Part shown: positions 16,778 to 22,176 of the stretch, one piece after another | Numbering within the stretch: position 1 is the first letter of the stretch | How the letters are laid out: each line of letters begins with the position of its first letter | Assembly: GCA_037128175.1 (NCBI GenBank) | Contig: JBAXWY010000048.1 | Coordinates: forward strand, 1 to 22,176 | DNA length: 22,176 bases | Direction of reading: 5' to 3' | Source: Methanothrix sp. | GTDB lineage: Archaea; Halobacteriota; Methanosarcinia; Methanotrichales; Methanotrichaceae | The notes under the pieces: model-generated | Database searches by the model: none | The model's input: the letters and a program-made list of their open reading frames with translations, nothing else | What the model was told of the DNA's origin: nothing | Program-made: the position numbers and the translations under genes

Positions 16778-18811
16778 TTATGACGAGATATCAATCAGGT
16801 AATCCTCTACCTCGCCATCGTTAGCCCGTCCTTCAAAGGATAAGCCACCCATAATGTTGAACCTGAATCTGGAATATGTCGATCCTGCAGCCGCATTGGA
16901 AGGCACGTAGAAGGTGAGTGCATTAAGACCGGCCGCAAGACCTTCATTCTTGAAAATTTGTTCGTTTGCGTCAGCCCAGTCTCCGTCGCCATTGAAGTCG
17001 ATCCATGCATTCAGTTTTCCTGCAACAGAAGCATTGACTTGGACAGTAGCAGCGGATCCCTGGCTCAGATTTGTGATGAATACTACGCCATCTTCATCAG
17101 CAATGTTGTTCTTATCATCACCATCTGCTCTTGGAGTAGGTATGCCATCCGGTTCAGCGTCTATTAGCAGTCCTAGATGAACTCCATCCACAATCTCATG
17201 TCTTGCTCCATTAGTTGCCAGCAGTGTGTGGTATGAATCAGGGGCGTCACCAAAATCCTCTGCCGACACAAATGGGCTACATGTTGATATGGATTGTAAG
17301 TGAACTCTGTTATCCTTCATGTTGCTGGAGAGGCGATTGTTTTCAATATAATTGTCCTGGTTGGGGGTAGTGATGAATAATCCATAGTTCCCGTTATAGC
17401 TCCCGTTATTCCACTTGAGGGTGTTCATACCCGAGTTATTGATGGATATTCCATGGACTCTGTTATTGTTCGCGGTGTTATTTGTGATGATATTGTTCCA
17501 TGATTCCACTACGGCCAGGCCCGATTTCAGGCTATTACGGACAGTGTTGCCTATGATGGTGTTCTTATCAGAGCTATAGCCTATTAATATGCCATTATCC
17601 AGGCTCACATTCACCTTATTATTCATGATGTAATTGCAGTTGGAGCGCAAAAGGACTATGCCCCCCTCATTCCTCTCGAACTTATTATTTTCTATCCTCG
17701 AGTTGATGGTGTTGTCGAAGAGCACCCCCATATCCGTGTTATTAAATATCAGGTTCTTTATGATGATGTGGCTGCAGTTGATGCAGTAGACTGCTCCCGC
17801 TCTGGAATTCTCATCAAGGATGATATTTGATTTTCCAACCAGGTAGTATATCAGCCTTCCATCTATGAGGTTGCTGGTGTCGATATCATTATGGCCATCG
17901 GCATCGAAGTTCCATTTGCTGCCCGATATCAGGTTGCCTCGCAGGATATTATTTTGGCCCTTCCACAGGTTGAGCCCGGTTATTGAGTTATTCTTTAGGA
18001 TATTCCTGGTGACCATACAGCCATAGGAACTCTCGATGAATATGCCCGTTTTTGTGTTGTTGATGACCTGATTGCCTTCTATCTGGCTCTCATTTGAATC
18101 CAGGAGATATATGCCAACAGCATTATGGCGCAATACGTTATTCTTGATGATGTTGACCTTGGAGTTATAGAAGCTTATGGCATCCAGTGTGTTATCCTCG
18201 ATGATATTATCCCTTATCTCGTTATAGCTGGAATTATAGAAGATGAGGCCAACCCCGATATTTTTGGAATTTTCGGGAATGACATAGAAGTTGCTGTAAA
18301 TGCGGTTGTTTGATATAATATTGTGGACGGAGTCATCGAGTTCCATGCCTGCATGATGATTATATCCTAAATCGTTATTTATAAGAATATTATTTCTTGA
18401 ATTGTAAGCATAAATGCCAAACTTGTTTTTGCTGGCCTTGTTGCCGATTATGGTATTATTGCTGGAAGCGATCTCTATCCCAGATCCGTTCAAGGAGTTG
18501 GTCATCATGAGTCCCTCCAGAAGAACCCCGTCAACTGTAAGCGTTATAGCGCTTCCCTTGCCACCGGCGTCTATGGTAGGCATGCTGGAACCATTGAATA
18601 TGCCACGTATTTTGAGTGCTTTGTATACGAAGACGTTTTCCTGATAGGTGCCACTGTACACCTCTATATTATCTCCCGGTTCTGCTGCATCTATTGCTCT
18701 CTGTATGCTACTAAAAGATGCATTTGTGCCGCCAACGCCAATTGTAGCAGATTGGGCCACCCCCAAGGAGAGAATTATTAATACAAGGATTATCAATCTA
18801 ACGAGTATCAT
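16778..18811 (-). CDS. Secreted NosD/CASH parallel beta-helix cell-surface protein with C-terminal GEVED domain
   Basis: Signal peptide MILVRLIILVLIILSLGVAQSA; SIQRAIDAAEPGDNIEVYSGTYQEN; many GIxL..S.NN.I..N repeats; IDTSNLIDGRLIYY; C-terminal DFGDAPDSY...WIDFNGDGDW...RFR...GEVEDY. Confidence 0.9.
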   Translation of the reverse strand: MILVRLIILVLIILSLGVAQSATIGVGGTNASFSSIQRAIDAAEPGDNIEVYSGTYQENVFVYKALKIRGIFNGSSMPTIDAGGKGSAITLTVDGVLLEGLMMTNSLNGSGIEIASSNNTIIGNKASKNKFGIYAYNSRNNILINNDLGYNHHAGMELDDSVHNIISNNRIYSNFYVIPENSKNIGVGLIFYNSSYNEIRDNIIEDNTLDAISFYNSKVNIIKNNVLRHNAVGIYLLDSNESQIEGNQVINNTKTGIFIESSYGCMVTRNILKNNSITGLNLWKGQNNILRGNLISGSKWNFDADGHNDIDTSNLIDGRLIYYLVGKSNIILDENSRAGAVYCINCSHIIIKNLIFNNTDMGVLFDNTINSRIENNKFERNEGGIVLLRSNCNYIMNNKVNVSLDNGILIGYSSDKNTIIGNTVRNSLKSGLAVVESWNNIITNNTANNNRVHGISINNSGMNTLKWNNGSYNGNYGLFITTPNQDNYIENNRLSSNMKDNRVHLQSISTCSPFVSAEDFGDAPDSYHTLLATNGARHEIVDGVHLGLLIDAEPDGIPTPRADGDDKNNIADEDGVVFITNLSQGSAATVQVNASVAGKLNAWIDFNGDGDWADANEQIFKNEGLAAGLNALTFYVPSNAAAGSTYSRFRFNIMGGLSFEGRANDGEVEDYLIDISS

Positions 18812-18919
18812 TACAGCTAGCCCCTATATCGCACTTTGAATTTAATTCCACCTAAGTCGCAATCATTCGATTTTCTGAGCATTAATATTACATGATTTAG
18901 TTTGAGTTCTATCTTCGAA

Positions 18920-18934
18920 CATATAAGCTTTTGG
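18920..18934 (-). promoter_or_regulatory. BRE/TATA promoter for the NosD-like gene
   Basis: Minus strand reads ccaaaag-cttatatg, about 110 nt upstream of ATG 18811. Confidence 0.45.
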
Positions 18935-19012
18935 CAAAACCTAATATAATACCAGGGAGGATTTCTAAAACCATATTTAATCTATATCATTAACAATTAA
19001 TATTGGAGAAAT

Positions 19013-19027
19013 TGAAACCTTTATATG
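19013..19027 (+). promoter_or_regulatory. BRE/TATA promoter for lrp-corA
   Basis: tgaaacc-tttatatg about 60 nt upstream of ATG 19086; GGGAG near 19067. Confidence 0.55.
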
Positions 19028-19085
19028 GTAATCTTGGTAATATATCAATACAATAACGAATCACCAGGGAGAATACCAGATTATC

Positions 19086-19544
19086 ATGGGCAATAGTGTG
19101 GATCTTGACGAAGTGGATCGGGCCATTCTTCGCAGTCTTCGGGAGAATGCGCGCATGAGCCTGCAAGAGATGTCAAGAAAATCCGGCATCTCCGATGCGA
19201 CCATACAGTTCCGGCTCAAACGCATGAAGGCTAATGGGGTCATAGAGCGATTCACCATTATAGCCAATCCGGCAGCTACAGGCTATGCAGTGACCGCGAT
19301 AATGCTTGTGCAGACCGACAACGAAAGACAGGACCAGGCAGTCGAGGCTTTAGCGAAGATACCTGAAATAACCGAGGTCTATGGGATACTGGGTGAGTAC
19401 GACCTTTTCGTTAAGGTATGGTCTAAAAGCCTCGATGAGCTGAATACCCTCATAAACGATCGCATAAGGTCGATTGACGGCATTGAAGACCTGCATGAGA
19501 TCATAGTAGTAGAGCGAGCAAAAGAAGAGACATCTCCGGTTTAG
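19086..19544 (+). CDS. Lrp/AsnC family transcriptional regulator
   Basis: LDEVDRAILRSLRENARMSLQEMSRKSGISDATIQFRLKRMKANGVI HTH; C-terminal RAM domain with GEYDL. Confidence 0.95.
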   Translation: MGNSVDLDEVDRAILRSLRENARMSLQEMSRKSGISDATIQFRLKRMKANGVIERFTIIANPAATGYAVTAIMLVQTDNERQDQAVEALAKIPEITEVYGILGEYDLFVKVWSKSLDELNTLINDRIRSIDGIEDLHEIIVVERAKEETSPV

Positions 19545-19552
19545 AGGTTAAC

Positions 19553-20716
19553 ATGGCTACATTCAGGAGCATAACGGAGAAGGCAAAGGGTTTGGGCCCA
19601 CAGCGGGCAAACGACTTGAGCCAAAGCACGGGAAGAGACATCTTAGAACTCGCTGCCCACCCGCTGCCGATGGCAAGCGAAAAGCCACTGGAACGGCCCA
19701 AGATCACGATAATTGATTATGATGAGCAACATTATCACGAGGCAGAGGTCAAGGAGGTAGAAGAGTGTTTCAGGTTCAAAGATCAGCCCACTGTAACCTG
19801 GATAAACATTGACGGCCTCCATCAGATGGATGTCTTAGAGAAACTTGGCTCATGCTATGGAATTCATCCTCTGGTTCTGGAAGATATTCTGACCGATCAG
19901 CGTCCTAAAATCGAGGATTATGATGATTATATATTCATCGTGCTAAAGATGCTCTACTACGATGAAGAGGGTGGTAAAAAAGCAGAAGGCGAAGATGATG
20001 AAGGTGATCTGGGTGACACCAACTTAGATATGGATCAGGTCAGCATGATCCTGGGACCAAATTTTATAATATCCTTCAAAGAAAAAGAGGTTGATGTATT
20101 CAACCCCCTGCGAGATCGTCTCCGGATGGCCAAGGGCAAAATAAGAAAGCAAGGTGCAGACTACCTGGCCTACTCCATGATTGACGCCATAGTGGACCAC
20201 TATTTTTTGATCATGGAAAAACTGGGGGATCATTTCGAGGAGCTGGAGGATTCGGTTGTGTCAGACCCGCAGCCCGGCGTTCTTCCTGCCATCTACAATC
20301 TGAAGCGAGATATGTTGTTCCTACGAAAGTCGGTCTGGCCTTTGAGAGAAGCCATCAGCAAGATGCAAAGGAGTGATTCACCCCTCGTCTCGGAACCGAT
20401 CAAGATCTACCTGAGGGATGTTTACGACCACACCATACAGGTGATCGAGAACATCGAGACCTTCCGCGATATGTCCACATCGCTTTTGGAAACATATCTC
20501 TCCAGCCTGAGCAATAAGCTCAACGAGGTGATCAAGCTCTTGACCATCATCTCTACCATATTCATTCCTCTCACCTTCCTGGCGGGGCTGTATGGGATGA
20601 ACTTCAGATTCATGCCGGAGCTGGAGTCTCCTTTGGGCTACCCGGCCGTTTTGATATTAATGCTTCTGGTAGTTGTGGTAATGATGGTCTATTTCCGGCG
20701 GAAAGAATGGATTTAA
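19553..20716 (+). CDS. corA: Magnesium/cobalt transporter CorA
   Basis: WINIDGLH, GIHPLVLEDIL..QRPKIEDY, YLRDVYDH, LTIISTIFIPLTFLAGLYGMNF (GMN signature), MPEL, second TM and RRKEWI end. Confidence 0.96.
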   Translation: MATFRSITEKAKGLGPQRANDLSQSTGRDILELAAHPLPMASEKPLERPKITIIDYDEQHYHEAEVKEVEECFRFKDQPTVTWINIDGLHQMDVLEKLGSCYGIHPLVLEDILTDQRPKIEDYDDYIFIVLKMLYYDEEGGKKAEGEDDEGDLGDTNLDMDQVSMILGPNFIISFKEKEVDVFNPLRDRLRMAKGKIRKQGADYLAYSMIDAIVDHYFLIMEKLGDHFEELEDSVVSDPQPGVLPAIYNLKRDMLFLRKSVWPLREAISKMQRSDSPLVSEPIKIYLRDVYDHTIQVIENIETFRDMSTSLLETYLSSLSNKLNEVIKLLTIISTIFIPLTFLAGLYGMNFRFMPELESPLGYPAVLILMLLVVVVMMVYFRRKEWI

Positions 20717-20764
20717 CTTGATGGACCGAAGGATCTACTGTTGGGCCTAACCTGTGGATTACGA

Positions 20765-21820
20765 TTACGTCTTCCTGCCCAGGATCTTTTCGTAGCGTTG
20801 CACAATTCTTTCCAGAATATCCATGTCGTAGGGCTGGTGGGCGGGTACCAGGATATCTGCTTTTATTCCTGCAGAGTCGGGCGCAACCGTTAGGCCCCCT
20901 TCCAGTACAGGCAGGCGCAGGTCGCGGGCCATCTCTTCTATCATGGGGGTGAGTGGCTTGATTGCCCGTGCGGTTTTCGCTCTCTGCCGGAATCTTTTGA
21001 GCAGCGAGTCCACCTCGGCGGCTAAGGGCTCGACATCCCCGCAGCCAGACTCCTGGCAGATTCTCTCCGCGCTCTCCTTGAGCTGGGAAAGGGTGGCAAC
21101 GCCCGCTTCCAGCATCTGGCCGGAATAGTGTTGCTTGACTCTTTCTGTGTAGCCGGGAGCGAGCACCAACAGCTCGATCTCTTTCAGGCGTTCCAGATCC
21201 TCCTCCTCAGGCTTATAGGGATTTACTACTATGTAGTCTAGGGCGAGACGCAAAGCCAGGCTCTCGTACATGGGCGAGACGCCCACTAGCCTCTTGTCTT
21301 TGAGAAGGGCTCTTCTAATTGCCTGGGGATCGGCAGAGCTGATGCCGAAGTAATCGGCAAAGCCGCGCGTGGTGGTAAGAAGCTTGGTGCGGCTGAACTT
21401 CTCCGCATTGATGAGGCCCCTTTCCTCCAGCTCTTTCACGTGATCGTAGCTCTTGTTGCCCCGGATCTCCACCAGATGGCTTTGCTTGATGGGCTGCTTG
21501 TAGGCGATGATGGCTAAAGTTCTGATGAGTGGGGCCTCGATCTCTTTGGGGGCGAAGGAGAGGACCCGTCCGGCCAGGCCGAAGCGAACCTGCATGGAGT
21601 AGCCCTCGCCAATGTTTTTGATCTCAATGCCAGAGTCGCGGGCGGCGTACTCCTTTGTCAGGTCGTCGGCGAGAGCGCGTGCCCGTTCCTCGGAGAGGGC
21701 GGAGAGATCGGCCAGCTCTCGTGGAGTGAGGGTTCTACCCGAGGCGAAGAGTGCGGCTTCGATGACGGCTTTGGCATAGGAATCTGCGGTCAAGATAATC
21801 CTGGAAGCTGTCCTCATCAA
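20765..21820 (-). CDS. scpB: SMC-Scp complex subunit ScpB with a ~175-aa C-terminal extension; start likely ATG 21817
   Basis: IEAALFASG, TLAIIAYKQPI...IRG...HVKELEERGLI...TTRGFADYFGI are ScpB signatures in residues ~15-160. The protein is 351 aa. Confidence 0.9.
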   Translation of the reverse strand: MMRTASRIILTADSYAKAVIEAALFASGRTLTPRELADLSALSEERARALADDLTKEYAARDSGIEIKNIGEGYSMQVRFGLAGRVLSFAPKEIEAPLIRTLAIIAYKQPIKQSHLVEIRGNKSYDHVKELEERGLINAEKFSRTKLLTTTRGFADYFGISSADPQAIRRALLKDKRLVGVSPMYESLALRLALDYIVVNPYKPEEEDLERLKEIELLVLAPGYTERVKQHYSGQMLEAGVATLSQLKESAERICQESGCGDVEPLAAEVDSLLKRFRQRAKTARAIKPLTPMIEEMARDLRLPVLEGGLTVAPDSAGIKADILVPAHQPYDMDILERIVQRYEKILGRKT

Positions 21821-22002
21821 AATGGTTTAAGGTTACGCTTAGGGGGGTGTGGGAAGGAGTGGAATGAGGCGCTTATCATTGAGCCAAAAGACATCATTTT
21901 CGATCTGATTTCGCGCATCATAGTTTCGATTGCGATCGTCGAAAGTAGGATCTTCTGGATTATTTCCCTGGCAGAGCGTGCTTCTTCAGACGTAACCCTC
22001 AT
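21817..22002 (-). CDS. Small hypothetical helical protein, possibly translationally coupled to scpB
   Basis: 61 aa. GGGAG four nt before its ATG; its TGA overlaps the scpB ATG (TGATG); AT-rich promoter-like region upstream (22070-22100). Confidence 0.4.
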   Translation of the reverse strand: MRVTSEEARSAREIIQKILLSTIAIETMMREIRSKMMSFGSMISASFHSFPHPPKRNLKPF

Positions 22003-22138
22003 AATTCTCCCGCGAAGCTGATCGCTATAGGTTAATGCTTCCAGTGCGGTTGATATGCATAGCTATCAGGAATATTTTAATATAATAATATTATTTAAAA
22101 TCCTGTCGCTTGACCCCCCTCTTTTTTGGTGCGCTAGC

Positions 22139-22176
22139 TTTAAATACCCATCATCTATTAGAGTTGAAGGCCGATG
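22139..22176 (+). promoter_or_regulatory. TATA box and probable start codon of a divergent gene beginning at the window edge
   Basis: tttaaata at 22139-22146, gaagg, and ATG at 22174-22176. Confidence 0.4.

Noticed and set aside
16778-18811. Calling this gene nosD (nitrous oxide reductase maturation)
   Set aside because: No nos cluster is present; NosD-like beta-helix repeats are generic in methanogen surface proteins.
21241-21282. 11-nt direct repeat gggcgagacgc in scpB
   Set aside because: Only two copies, 31 nt apart, inside coding sequence; not CRISPR-like and compatible with chance.

Overview
Archaeal chromosomal window. BRE/TATA-type promoters, DUF2206, Lrp and a Methanothrix-style DUF11 surface protein suggest a Methanotrichaceae-like methanogen (inference). 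From left to right it contains: the 3' ~4.6 kb of a giant modular surface protein (91-aa Ig-like tandem repeat, SdrD-B-like domain, five DUF11-like domains, a duplicated beta-rich domain, Cys-rich tail); a signal-peptide-less beta-helix protein with a virus-like architecture; a hexapeptide O-acyltransferase; a convergent minus-strand surface-glycan cluster (GT2, GT2, GT4, GT4, DUF2206 membrane protein, Wzx-like flippase) with an AT-rich gap; a secreted NosD/CASH beta-helix protein with a GEVED domain; an Lrp/AsnC-corA pair; and scpB. This scpB has an unusual C-terminal substrate-binding-protein-like extension and is preceded by a coupled 61-aa ORF rather than scpA. No rRNA, tRNA, CRISPR array or IS element was recognised. 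All family calls are by-eye motif recognition; no database search was run.
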